Positions 19,550 to 28,982 of a stretch of DNA of 64,000 bases are shown here, in pieces; positions within the stretch are counted from its first letter, which is position 1; each line of letters opens with the position of its first letter. Origin of the DNA: a virus; the IMG/VR virus record IMGVR_UViG_3300044911_002386, positions 64,001 to 128,000 of that record; one strand, written 5' to 3'. The position numbers were made by a program, and so were the translations under genes. Below the pieces are notes generated by a model. The model did not search any database, was not told the DNA's origin, and saw only the letters and a program-made list of their open reading frames with translations.

Positions 19550-20557
19550 TTAATAACGAATACGGATGGCGTCGGTGTAGGCGCTGTACTTATACGACGA
19601 CGTTACTTCACCGTAGCAACTCTCTAAGTTAATGCTGGCTTTCGTAGCTCGCACCCATTCTCGATACGCCTGCCACCTGGCCTGGCCGGCACGTTCGTAG
19701 GCTGCTTCTTTATTCTGGTCGTCTACCTGCAGCCCGCCAGCAGAATACGACAACTGATTACGCCTATACTGCTCCGCCACCATAAAAAACAGATTCGCAC
19801 AAATACCTTCAAGCCAGTGATAGCGGAACGGGAAATTTTGTGTGTTGTATGTCGTGTCGAGCGGCGGCGGGATTTCGTTCCAGTATTGCACAGGGCGCAC
19901 AATTGCCAATGCGATTTCTGCGTCGTCAAACATCAGATTATCCAGCAAGAAACTTTCGCCGGGGCTTGAGTCGCGAAGGTGCAGTCGAATCTCTGCAACG
20001 CTCGGGGGCCCGCCCACACGACCGGCTTCTTCGAATGTGCTGCGATTAATAACGACATAAAACAAGTTTGAAAACACAACGCACGGCTGGGCTGCATTCT
20101 CTGCTGCTACGTCAAGCAAAGCCATCTCGGCGTAGTAGATGCCGGGCAAACCAACCATTTGCTTTGTCAACGCTGCCCGGACAATGCCGTGCTCTGCGTC
20201 GTGCACTGTTGCTGTCACCTGCGTGACCGGATTCGTATTACCGAGGGCTAGCTGTTCTTTTAAACGCAACACAACTGTAAAAGATAACGGCGCTGTCACG
20301 CCGCCAAAGCCACACGGCCGTAAATCTACCGGCACGCCATCCTTGTTAATCATCTGCCATTCGACAGTTGAGCACTGGCCTTGTGTAACCGATATAGCCC
20401 GCATCTTTGACAACAATTGCTGCCCGTTCTGCGAAGTTACCGGGGCCTGCAACTTGTTCTGTATTGCACAAGATACGGGATTTAAAACTTGCGGCGTATT
20501 GGCGTTGTCGCAGCACTGAACTAACGGATGCGACGTCGGCGTTGCAATTACTACCAT
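19550..20557 (-). CDS. Head-tail adaptor protein with N-terminal Ig/BppU-like domain (putative)
   Basis: C-half EIRLHLRD...FDDAEIALAI...WNEIPPP...NQLSYSAGGLQVDDQNK resembles large-phage adaptors; two genes downstream of the MCP. Confidence 0.65.
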   Translation of the reverse strand: MVVIATPTSHPLVQCCDNANTPQVLNPVSCAIQNKLQAPVTSQNGQQLLSKMRAISVTQGQCSTVEWQMINKDGVPVDLRPCGFGGVTAPLSFTVVLRLKEQLALGNTNPVTQVTATVHDAEHGIVRAALTKQMVGLPGIYYAEMALLDVAAENAAQPCVVFSNLFYVVINRSTFEEAGRVGGPPSVAEIRLHLRDSSPGESFLLDNLMFDDAEIALAIVRPVQYWNEIPPPLDTTYNTQNFPFRYHWLEGICANLFFMVAEQYRRNQLSYSAGGLQVDDQNKEAAYERAGQARWQAYREWVRATKASINLESCYGEVTSSYKYSAYTDAIRIRY

Positions 20558-20591
20558 AAATCACTCCGTGTATAGTTCTAGTGTACAAACA

Positions 20592-20623
20592 GCAAGGGCT
20601 GGCCGCTTAAGCAGCCAGCCCTT
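20592..20623 (-). terminator. Intrinsic terminator after the capsid operon
   Basis: CAAGGGCTGGCCGC-ttaa-GCAGCCAGCCCTTG inverted repeat. Confidence 0.7.
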
Positions 20624-20650
20624 GTAAAAATTCAAACCGATTTTTTTTAA

Positions 20651-20971
20651 TCAAGTCCACCCCGTCGGCGTCACTGTGCCGAGCGTGTTGTTATTGATCC
20701 GCAACTGATCAACGCTATTGTCGGTCGCGTCGAGCATGTAAACAGCGGGCGAACTTAAAATATCGATCTTGTTTGTCTCAAGGGCCTTTTCAAGAGCCTT
20801 GAATTGTCGCTGACTGCCCCTGCCGCCGTTACCAAGCTTAGCTACGAGGTCGCCCGCAACCGTGTAGGTTGCGTCCGCTTCAAGCCGCTTGCCGTGGGCG
20901 CCAAGGAAACCGAACACGCGGGCGGCGCCCGATGTGTTCTTAACTGTCGTGTATAAACCGGGTACTGGCAT
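20651..20971 (-). CDS. Hypothetical protein, capsid operon
   Basis: 106 aa, GGAG RBS, same high-expression codon bias as the MCP. Confidence 0.75.
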   Translation of the reverse strand: MPVPGLYTTVKNTSGAARVFGFLGAHGKRLEADATYTVAGDLVAKLGNGGRGSQRQFKALEKALETNKIDILSSPAVYMLDATDNSVDQLRINNNTLGTVTPTGWT

Positions 20972-20989
20972 TGTTAATTACTCCATTCT

Positions 20990-21376
20990 TCAGGATGCGT
21001 TCTGCATAGCAGCGGAAGCCGCGGCTTGCAGCGTCAGAACAGCATTGGCAATCGCCGGCTGCTCTGCCGCCACGTCAGCGGCCCCCTTGAAAGCGGCCAC
21101 TTTCTCAACCGGGCCAGAAAGGCCCGCCGCGGCGAGGACGGCGTCGAGTCGCTGGTTAGCAGCCGACAGTCCCGAAACCTGCGCCGCAGCGGCCTTTTCT
21201 TGTTCCGCCGTGTAGAGCACATGTAACTTGTTCGCAATCGACCACATTTCAGAGGCCTCCTGCTCCGACCGCGGGGCAACCCCGTGGGCGGCAAGTTTCT
21301 CGAAGAAATACGGCGCAGCAAGTTCAGCCACAATCGTGGCATAAGCCTGCTCAGCCGCTTGTTTAATCTGATCCAT
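20990..21376 (-). CDS. Hypothetical head-associated protein (K-x-A motifs)
   Basis: ATG 21376 with AAGGAG RBS; IKQAA, EKAAA and EKVAA motifs. Confidence 0.75.
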   Translation of the reverse strand: MDQIKQAAEQAYATIVAELAAPYFFEKLAAHGVAPRSEQEASEMWSIANKLHVLYTAEQEKAAAAQVSGLSAANQRLDAVLAAAGLSGPVEKVAAFKGAADVAAEQPAIANAVLTLQAAASAAMQNAS

Positions 21377-21408
21377 CTCTGTGCTCCTTTGGTTAGTTTT
21401 TACACGAC

Positions 21409-22335
21409 TCACTTGAAGTCAACACGGGCCAGACCGTTCGTATGACCGAACGAACCACCCTGCGTGTTGTAGGCAAAGTACTCAAGCATGTAAGCCTCAC
21501 GACGGATGTACATCGTGGTGGGTTCCAGCTCGTAGTTCTTGCCGATAAACTTCGGCGAAGCGAACATGAACAGCGAATCGTCCGGAACGAGGTCGCGCTT
21601 GATCGTGACGATCCAGCGGCAGTTCAGGAAGTTGGTTTCAGCCCAGCCATTCTTGATGATGTCCTGGCTGAAATCGCCACCCATTTCGTCGCGGCCGAAC
21701 TTGAGAAGTTCCTTGATCGTGATGTTATTCACGAGGCAGGTCTCAACTTCAAAGTGCGACGGCGTACGGGGCATAACCTTGAGGGCGTCAACCAGCGTTT
21801 CGCGGGTGATGCCACCAGAGATTTCCTCGTACTGAACCGTTTCCGACATCGTGACTTCGGTGCCAGGCGTCGGGAGTACGGCCTTGAAAGCGGCAATAAA
21901 CTTCGAGTCTTCCTCGGCGAGCATGTCCTTGATCATGTTGTCGCTGAGCACCTGACGGATGTCGATGACATACGTACGGAGTTCGTCGACGTCCTTCACA
22001 GCACGGGGCGACACGATCCGGTCAAACATGACGCGGTAGCGCGGGCCACGGATGTAAAAGTTGATCGGGAGTGTCGCAAACGGAAGCGACACAGCCGCCG
22101 GGGAATCGGGCTCCTTGTCCACAACCTTGACGGGCTTGTCAGTGTCAACCTGACGGTCGAGCTCGTCGTTGGTGATGGTCAGCGGCGGCATAATCCGCCG
22201 GTAGAACCCGTCTTCACGCATCTTGGTGCGCGTGAAGTCGTTAACAGCATCAATGGCCTGCTTCTGCATGCCGGGGGTATCAAGCTGTTCAAACAGCGTC
22301 TCGTTGAGCAGTTGAACTTCTTGCTGAGTGGGCAT
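21409..22335 (-). CDS. Major capsid protein (HK97-fold, putative)
   Basis: 308 aa, GGAGG RBS, very strong codon bias. FTRTKMREDGFYRRIMPP...EEDSKF...GSFGHTNGLARVDF pattern. Order protease-scaffold-decoration-MCP. Confidence 0.85.
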   Translation of the reverse strand: MPTQQEVQLLNETLFEQLDTPGMQKQAIDAVNDFTRTKMREDGFYRRIMPPLTITNDELDRQVDTDKPVKVVDKEPDSPAAVSLPFATLPINFYIRGPRYRVMFDRIVSPRAVKDVDELRTYVIDIRQVLSDNMIKDMLAEEDSKFIAAFKAVLPTPGTEVTMSETVQYEEISGGITRETLVDALKVMPRTPSHFEVETCLVNNITIKELLKFGRDEMGGDFSQDIIKNGWAETNFLNCRWIVTIKRDLVPDDSLFMFASPKFIGKNYELEPTTMYIRREAYMLEYFAYNTQGGSFGHTNGLARVDFK

Positions 22336-22354
22336 CGTTTGGAACCTCCATGTT

Positions 22355-22385
22355 CCTTAGTTAGTTAGTTAATTAGTTAGTTAAG
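22355..22385. repeat. (TTAG)n / (CTAA)n microsatellite upstream of the MCP RBS
   Basis: ttagttagttagttaattagttagttaa. Confidence 0.8.
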
Positions 22386-22392
22386 GGTTAGA

Positions 22393-22959
22393 TCACGGAT
22401 CGATCGTCGCCGCGGTACCAGCCGGCAGCCAGACGCACCAGAACGAGAGCGACTGCACGTTGTTATGGTTCTTCTTCTTACCGCTCGACACTACGCCGCA
22501 AACCGGGTTCACGTACTGAACCACGGACGCATTTGTAAGCACACCGCCTGTGGCGGCATTGGAGTTGCTGGCAGTCGCCGTGAGGAGATCGCCAGGAACG
22601 TAAGTTCGCGACGAATCAAACTCAGTCGACGAGATCTCGTAGCCACCAGTAGCCACCAGGCCCGACAACTTGCCCGTCGGCGAAATCGCCTTGTGCATGA
22701 AGTTGTTCGCAGCCGTCTGGCCGGGGTTGCTTACGTCAGCGTCTTCCGAACCGTTTAACAGGAAAATAGAAACACCAGTAGCGTGGCAGCCGGGACGGAA
22801 GTTACCGTCGGCATCGACGTGCACAACGCGACCACGCGGTACGGCAAACGTAACCACGTTAGAAGCAGCGAGCTTGGCGTCGTAATCGAGCGACGCCATA
22901 TCGAACCAGCCCTTCTTTACGTCAAGGCCGTGTTCAAACATCAGATCGGGAGCAGGCAT
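22393..22959 (-). CDS. Capsid decoration / cement protein (putative)
   Basis: 188 aa beta-rich, directly upstream of the MCP; GGAGG RBS; Y.PGDLLTA motif of beta-tulip-like decoration proteins. Confidence 0.6.
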   Translation of the reverse strand: MPAPDLMFEHGLDVKKGWFDMASLDYDAKLAASNVVTFAVPRGRVVHVDADGNFRPGCHATGVSIFLLNGSEDADVSNPGQTAANNFMHKAISPTGKLSGLVATGGYEISSTEFDSSRTYVPGDLLTATASNSNAATGGVLTNASVVQYVNPVCGVVSSGKKKNHNNVQSLSFWCVWLPAGTAATIDP

Positions 22960-23020
22960 TGTTAGACCTCCATGTCTTTGTCAATTTGGGACGTTGTATC
23001 CCGGGGTTTCGTTATCGAGC

Positions 23021-23446
23021 TCAGGCTGTGGGCGGATTCAAACCAAGGCCCGTGAACAACTTCACGTCAGAAGCCTTGAGGCGACCATCGCGGGCACCCA
23101 CATACCCGCTCGTCAGGCTGCCCGCAGGGTCATAACCGGCAGTCTTTGTAGCGACCGGCGTGCCGAGACGGGCCAACTCAGCGGCGTTTTTATGCGTCGC
23201 TAACTTGATGACCAGTTCCATTGTGCGAGCCGGGTCACTTAAGGCGGCGGCAAGCGCTTCCTTCTGGTGCGGCTCGATGCGCTCGTTGTCCACGCAAGCC
23301 TGAACGGCTTCGGGAATAAGACGGGCGACCTTTTCAGTTTGCTCGTCCCGCTCCTGCAGTACCGCAGCAGCCTTCGTCATCGCCGCATCGGAGTAACCGA
23401 TGTAGTCGATGATGTTTTGAACAAGCGCGTTATTGTTTTTCGACAT
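23021..23446 (-). CDS. Hypothetical head protein / scaffold-like
   Basis: 141 aa helical, GGAGG RBS; TKAA, EKVA and TKTAG motifs. Confidence 0.7.
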   Translation of the reverse strand: MSKNNNALVQNIIDYIGYSDAAMTKAAAVLQERDEQTEKVARLIPEAVQACVDNERIEPHQKEALAAALSDPARTMELVIKLATHKNAAELARLGTPVATKTAGYDPAGSLTSGYVGARDGRLKASDVKLFTGLGLNPPTA

Positions 23447-23465
23447 TAGAAAACCTCCGTGTATA

Positions 23466-24854
23466 TCAACGGTTTACGAGTTCGATGACGTGCTGCTTCA
23501 TGATGTCCCGAAGTTGCCGAGACCGCTTGGTGCGGGCCTCTTTGACCTGGAACTTACCAGCACGTTTAAAATTCATTACAGCAGCACCAATGGACCGCAG
23601 TTCGCTGGCTCGCTTGGCAGCGGCCATCTTGGGTGCCATGCCAGCGGCTTCCGGCGGCATACCAGCGGCTTCCGGCGGCATACCAGCGGCTTCCGGCGGC
23701 ATTCCGCCTGCAGCACCACCGCCCTCGCCGCCAGCAATGGCCTCAAGCAGCGCTTCCGGCGGAATGCCGAGTTCTTCCAGCGCCATAGCCAGTTCTTGTA
23801 CAGCCTCGTCTTCCGAAGGGCCAGCACCTTCCATGCCGGCGCCTTCCATGCCAGCACCACCAGCCGCAGCCGGATCGCCACCCTCAGCACCGAGCATTTC
23901 TTCCAGGCCGGCCGGAGCCGCACCGGAACCAACGTCAGCCGGGGCACTGTGATCCTCACCTTCCGACGCTTCCTCTGTCGGGTCCGCGGCGGCCTGCTTT
24001 GAACTTAAAAAACCCATGAACAGGTCGGCCATTTCGTCAGCCTCGCGGAGAGTGTTCGCGCACACCTCGCGCACCGAAGCCTCGGCCGCGGCTTTGTCCA
24101 TCCCAAAGTGTGCGGCTAACTCATAGCCCGCCTTAAACGCAGCCGCTTTCTCGTCGCCAGCGTCGGACTTTTCTTCCTTCTCATCACCGGCGTCGGACTT
24201 CTCGTCGCTGTCTTCGCTGCCGGCTTCGGAACCGGCTTCGGCCTTGCCGCTGCGGAGCGCAGCGAGATCCGAGCCGTCGATCTTGCCGTTGTCATTAACG
24301 TCTAACTTTTTTTGGCCGCCTATTAGGTGGTCGTCAGACTTCTTTGTTAACTTGTCCGTGCCAAAGTTGATAAGGTTCGCGAGGATGTCGTTGCCGAGGT
24401 TACCGCAGTGATTGCGTGCTTCCTTGAACGAGGCCGACGAGTACTTCTCGCCGTCGTTGGTCTTGGCGGGATGCGATGTGCCCGGGTCATCCTTCGTGCC
24501 CTTGAAATCCTTTTCGGCAGCGGGATCTTCGCCGGTCGACTTGGCATTTGTATTGATGTTTAACTGCACTTCGTTCTGCCGACCCTCTTGCGACATTTCC
24601 GGAGTGTTGTCTACAGCTAACGCACCCTGCTGCTTCTTGATGTCGGTCTCGTACTCGGAAGCACGCGCACCGGTGTCAGCATTCTGCACACTGTTATCAA
24701 CGCTGGTCGTCGGGTGCGAAGAGGCGCCCTGATAGCCGCCCGGATCAGAAGGCGTGGGGCCAGCTACTTTTTCAGCAGCGGCTTTTGTGCTCTGCGAAAT
24801 TTCGTCAGCAAGAGCATTGAGTTGAGCGAAAAGGGAACGTTGCATCCGTGCCAT
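23466..24854 (-). CDS. Prohead scaffolding protein (putative)
   Basis: 462 aa acidic low-complexity protein directly after the protease; contains an EF-hand-like loop DVNDNGKIDGSD and GMPPEAA repeats. Confidence 0.6.
   Translation of the reverse strand: MARMQRSLFAQLNALADEISQSTKAAAEKVAGPTPSDPGGYQGASSHPTTSVDNSVQNADTGARASEYETDIKKQQGALAVDNTPEMSQEGRQNEVQLNINTNAKSTGEDPAAEKDFKGTKDDPGTSHPAKTNDGEKYSSASFKEARNHCGNLGNDILANLINFGTDKLTKKSDDHLIGGQKKLDVNDNGKIDGSDLAALRSGKAEAGSEAGSEDSDEKSDAGDEKEEKSDAGDEKAAAFKAGYELAAHFGMDKAAAEASVREVCANTLREADEMADLFMGFLSSKQAAADPTEEASEGEDHSAPADVGSGAAPAGLEEMLGAEGGDPAAAGGAGMEGAGMEGAGPSEDEAVQELAMALEELGIPPEALLEAIAGGEGGGAAGGMPPEAAGMPPEAAGMPPEAAGMAPKMAAAKRASELRSIGAAVMNFKRAGKFQVKEARTKRSRQLRDIMKQHVIELVNR
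23641..23702. repeat. 21-bp tandem repeat x3 (GMPPEAA)
   Basis: ccagcggcttccggcggcata repeated. Confidence 0.9.
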
Positions 24855-24897
24855 TGTTATCTCCTTTGGGGCCTAATCGTTGTGCGATTAGTTTCCG

Positions 24898-26352
24898 TTA
24901 CATGATGTAATTTTGCAGTACACAGTGGTTTGCTGTCAACAAGTTATTTCCGTATTTATCACAAATGGCGGCGAAAGCGGCAATCTTATACAACGCGTAA
25001 TGTTGCGCAAGTGCTGTTTCTGCGTTCCCAGTTGCTTGTTTCTCACACGGAATGTTATCTAACCGAGCGTTACGAATCGCGGCTAAGTATGCACGCTTTT
25101 CGATGTTACTCGGTAATACGCTGTGGGTTTGCGCTACTTTCTCTGCCCACACCCTAACAGCAGCCGGAGCCACACTCGAAGGGTAGTAAACATTATTCTC
25201 CAAAAGCGTCGCCATGTCTAGATCATTTGCAACTTTTGTAAAAATATTGGGCAGGGCTTTCGCAACAGCCCCGACGAGGTCCTCACTTGCTGTCTTTAAA
25301 GTCAGTGCTAAAAAGTCGCGCAGCGGCAGGATAACACCGGCGTCAGCCAGCCCACGCAACACGTCTGACATTTTAACAAATGAGCACGCACTTACATCAA
25401 TAGGCGGCTGTACTTCCGGCGATGAAGCCAGGGCAAGTTTGGTCCACTCAGCACTGTTCTGGGTGGCTTCGGCTTGGACAAGTAAGTTTAAAGCCTCTAA
25501 CTGTGCGTGAGCCCGCTTGCTTGAGTTACCATCTAAGTTAAATCCAATCGGTGCGGTGACGCCAAGGTGCTCAGCCAATTCAGCGCCAGAAAGAATGGCT
25601 GTACCAGCGGCTTTTTCAAGCCGGCCAGATACATACGCAATTCGGTCAGCCGGGCGAAACACGTGAGAAATGTCAAAAAACGCACACTTCGTATTGTCGG
25701 CGTGTAGCACGTGACCGTCCGCCAGCACCCGACCGATGTTGTGCTTTAAACCGCCCGCCTTGCAGTGCCCGCCGTTCTCTGGTGAGTCGCAATACTCAGC
25801 CCGGGTACGAGCCGTGTTGCCGCAAGAAGAGCATTTGTCGAAAGGAATTTTGCAGGCCATCGATACCGGGATCTCTTTCCCGTTGGCCAGTTTCTCAAGT
25901 TCTTTGTCAGCAATTAAACCGCCATTGCGATCGGCCGCTTCTTTTGTGCCATTTAACGCGCAGACAAGTTCAATTCGGTGCATGGGCTCGTGGTAGGCAC
26001 TGGCCTTCACGATGCCGAATGACTTGGCCGGATTCTTGTTGGCGTGGTCCCGATAGAACCTGGCTAACTTTTCAAACGTGTTGTGATCTTTACGGCATGT
26101 GTCTCGTGTAAAGCCGTCGCCGTTGCGGTTCGGGCCGTAGTCCTCTGTGGCACCAATCGCGATCATGTGCACAGGAACTTCATCTTTTGCAAACTTAATG
26201 TTTTCAAGTTTATGGGCAAACTCCGCACCGGCTCGTTTAACGAATGCCTGCTTGTCGGCACCGATGAGGCCGCGGCTTGAGATCTTAATAATCTCCGCGA
26301 CTGGCTCACTAAAGTCTTGAGCGTGCGGCTGAATAACTTTGATCATGCTCAT
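24898..26352 (-). CDS. Prohead maturation protease (HK97/U9-like serine protease)
   Basis: NRNGDGF...FYRDHAN (His)...IPVSMAC (Ser) followed by CSSCGN..C and FFDISHVFRPADRIA; first gene of the head operon. Confidence 0.75.
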   Translation of the reverse strand: MSMIKVIQPHAQDFSEPVAEIIKISSRGLIGADKQAFVKRAGAEFAHKLENIKFAKDEVPVHMIAIGATEDYGPNRNGDGFTRDTCRKDHNTFEKLARFYRDHANKNPAKSFGIVKASAYHEPMHRIELVCALNGTKEAADRNGGLIADKELEKLANGKEIPVSMACKIPFDKCSSCGNTARTRAEYCDSPENGGHCKAGGLKHNIGRVLADGHVLHADNTKCAFFDISHVFRPADRIAYVSGRLEKAAGTAILSGAELAEHLGVTAPIGFNLDGNSSKRAHAQLEALNLLVQAEATQNSAEWTKLALASSPEVQPPIDVSACSFVKMSDVLRGLADAGVILPLRDFLALTLKTASEDLVGAVAKALPNIFTKVANDLDMATLLENNVYYPSSVAPAAVRVWAEKVAQTHSVLPSNIEKRAYLAAIRNARLDNIPCEKQATGNAETALAQHYALYKIAAFAAICDKYGNNLLTANHCVLQNYIM

Positions 26353-26376
26353 TTGCTAGTTCCTTATCCGTTAATT

Positions 26377-27366
26377 TTATCGTGCATTTACGGCGCCACG
26401 GCTGCCGGCGTAACCAAAACGACTAGCCTGTTGGCGCGCTTGTTCTGCCGCAGTGTTTTGTATCCACGCTATCGTTTTTGCCATATCGCGGTCGTTGTTC
26501 AAATAAAACTCTTCCCCGCCCGGAAACTCACGAATCCTATTAATCATTTGTAGCAAGTTAGTTTTGTCTTGCGGGTTTGTCATCGCAATCGGCTGGCCGC
26601 TAGGTGTTTTCGTGTAGATATCTAAATCGTCTTTTGGCAATAAACCAGTCTCCCGCAGTTCAGCCATGCTCGTTGCCGGTTTTCCAGTTTTACGTTCATA
26701 CGACTCTAATAAACCACGAAAACGGTCTTGATACTGCGTCGTTCGCCCGGTTAATTTCTTATACCACGGCATTTTGCCGGTTTGCACCCAATTTAAAAAA
26801 TCACTCCCGCCGGCGTTTGGCGACACGCCGTCAGCTAACGGATGCCGAGACGGGCCCTGTTTGTATAAATCAGTTTCCATGTGGGGTTTAATAGCGTCTG
26901 GCCTGTAGCCCTTATACGGCACAACGCTTACTGTGCCGTCAGCGTTTGTTGTCAGCGCAACTTGCTCGGTCGGCTTATCGGCTACGCGCATTGGCGTCGT
27001 TTCTACTCGCTGTACGTCTTTTGGTTTGACAGCGGCAGGCGCAGCCGACGGTGTAATTTTAGCCGTCGGGGTAGTTGACGGCGTCGGGGCAGCGCTGTTA
27101 CCGCCGTTCATAAAGTGGGCGAGGCCAAGGCCGCCAAGGCCGCCGAGCGTGCCGTAATAAAGGGCGTTGCGTTTCTTATTGCGGCCCTGCGTCGCACCAA
27201 TGAGTGCGCCGATACCCGCCCCGCCAAGGCCGCCAAGTAAATAACGCCCGGCGTCACCACCGACGAACGCGGTTTTAATTTGCATTAAGTTTGATGGCAG
27301 TGTTTCGCCAGTAACGGCGCTGCGGGCTAACTGACCTGCCAATTTTTCAAAGTCGTTGTTGTTCAT
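26377..27366 (-). CDS. Glycine-zipper putative internal virion protein
   Basis: EKLA and IKTA motifs, then LLGGLGGAGIGALIGA...GTLGGLGGLGLA hydrophobic hairpin. Confidence 0.7.
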   Translation of the reverse strand: MNNNDFEKLAGQLARSAVTGETLPSNLMQIKTAFVGGDAGRYLLGGLGGAGIGALIGATQGRNKKRNALYYGTLGGLGGLGLAHFMNGGNSAAPTPSTTPTAKITPSAAPAAVKPKDVQRVETTPMRVADKPTEQVALTTNADGTVSVVPYKGYRPDAIKPHMETDLYKQGPSRHPLADGVSPNAGGSDFLNWVQTGKMPWYKKLTGRTTQYQDRFRGLLESYERKTGKPATSMAELRETGLLPKDDLDIYTKTPSGQPIAMTNPQDKTNLLQMINRIREFPGGEEFYLNNDRDMAKTIAWIQNTAAEQARQQASRFGYAGSRGAVNAR

Positions 27367-27369
27367 GTC

Positions 27370-28980
27370 TTACGCAAGTTCTTCTTGGAGTTTGCGGGCC
27401 GAAAGCATTGTTTGATCCCGCTCGGCTTTGAGTTTATCCATTTCAAGTAATTGTTTCGCGTCAAAATCGGCAAGTTGTCCGGCCTCTAAACGTTTCCGAA
27501 GCATGGCACGTAAGACAGCCGGGGACTGCACGACGTTTGGCGCCGCGTCGGCTACTTCATTAAACGCCAATGCTACTTCTTGAGGGCTATAACCAGAGAT
27601 GACGTCGTCATTAAGCATCAAGTCGTGAAGCGTGGCTTGAGCGCGAATATTTTTAAGCGTCAGTTCGTGGTCGGGCGAGGAGATCTCTTTCAACATCTTT
27701 AAACCAATGTCGCGCGGCTCTTTGTCTAAGCCAAGAATGCTTTTAGCCATCCCGGCTGGCGAGGCAGCACCAGCAAGACCAATTTGTTCACCAACAGTGT
27801 TGACTGGCCGGTTAGCACTCTCAAAAAACGTTTGTAAGTTTTTTTCGTAATTGCTGGCACCACCCTTGCCGCCACCGCCACCACCACGATTACCGCCGCC
27901 ACCGCCGCCACGGTTGCCCTGCGGCTTCTTCTCTTCCGGCTTTTCGGGCTTAGGAGATGGCTTTGCCGGCGGTGCAGGCGGTGCAGGCGGAGCAGGCGGG
28001 TTAATGCCGAATAATGTCGCCGCAAGACTCGGCGGTAATCCTGGCCCGGCAGATACAGGAAAATGCCCGCCACGCGGGCCTGCTGCTTGCTTTAAAGTTA
28101 CGCCGTTAGAGAAGTCTACCGGCGCCTGCAGCACCGAACCTGTAAGAAAAGTGGCTACTTTCTTATTACTAATTACTGGCGTCTTTTTTTTTAAGTCCGC
28201 GCTCGCTTTGACATATTCTTCCGTCAGGATAACAACATTTTGTACGCGGGCGTACAGGGGGTTATCGCCAAAGTGGTTGTTGTTCGTTGCCGCTTGCTTT
28301 TTAAACTGAGGATAAACTTCGGCCACCTTGTGCAGCACCGAAACACCCTCGTCGCCGAAACGTAAGCCAACCTGACGAACAGCGTCGGCGAACGACATGT
28401 TTCCCGGAGTGCGGAAATACTCAACTACGCCGTCAAGCGCCGCGGCGGCTTTAGAGTACGCAGCCGTAGCGATGCGGCGCCGCTCCTCGTCAGCCAACTG
28501 CTCGGCACGTTTGACGCTATAGGCCCGCTCAGCGGCGAATTGCTCGTCACGCGGATACGGCACATATGTCTTTGCCGGTAATGCCACTTGAGCCGCTGCG
28601 GCCTTCTCCTGCTCAGCCACGCGGCGAGCGAGCATGCCGGCAGGCGAAACGGCGTAGTCCGTAGATACAATTTCTTGCCGCACGATTTCTGCCGACGTTT
28701 TAACAGCCTTGGGGTACAGAGCATCTAAAACCGTGGGGGCGTCAGCCAGTTGGAAATCAGCCGACTTTTCAGTCGTGTTTTCGCCTTGTTCGCGTTGCTT
28801 GGTGGTGCGGCCTGTGTTGTACGCATGCACCATAAGGTTAATATGCCCCGCGGGAATATCGGCGGCGGCGGCACTCTTAATGATTGCAGCGTTTGGCGAT
28901 AGCCCTTCGTTGACTAATGCTGCAGCTTTTTCAATCGCAGCAATTAACTTTTGTTCGGCTTCTTTGCTCAATGTCTGCAT
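27370..28980 (-). CDS. Putative internal virion protein (536 aa)
   Basis: Long ORF coupled to its neighbours; many K-x-A/S motifs (EKAA, IKSA, EKSA, VKTS, KKQA, KKVA, LKQA); Pro/Gly linkers. Confidence 0.75.
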   Translation of the reverse strand: MQTLSKEAEQKLIAAIEKAAALVNEGLSPNAAIIKSAAAADIPAGHINLMVHAYNTGRTTKQREQGENTTEKSADFQLADAPTVLDALYPKAVKTSAEIVRQEIVSTDYAVSPAGMLARRVAEQEKAAAAQVALPAKTYVPYPRDEQFAAERAYSVKRAEQLADEERRRIATAAYSKAAAALDGVVEYFRTPGNMSFADAVRQVGLRFGDEGVSVLHKVAEVYPQFKKQAATNNNHFGDNPLYARVQNVVILTEEYVKASADLKKKTPVISNKKVATFLTGSVLQAPVDFSNGVTLKQAAGPRGGHFPVSAGPGLPPSLAATLFGINPPAPPAPPAPPAKPSPKPEKPEEKKPQGNRGGGGGGNRGGGGGGKGGASNYEKNLQTFFESANRPVNTVGEQIGLAGAASPAGMAKSILGLDKEPRDIGLKMLKEISSPDHELTLKNIRAQATLHDLMLNDDVISGYSPQEVALAFNEVADAAPNVVQSPAVLRAMLRKRLEAGQLADFDAKQLLEMDKLKAERDQTMLSARKLQEELA

Positions 28981-28982
28981 TG

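Noticed and set aside
21442-22368. 308-aa plus-strand ORF antisense to the MCP
   Set aside because: In-register shadow of a strongly codon-biased gene; no RBS or motifs.
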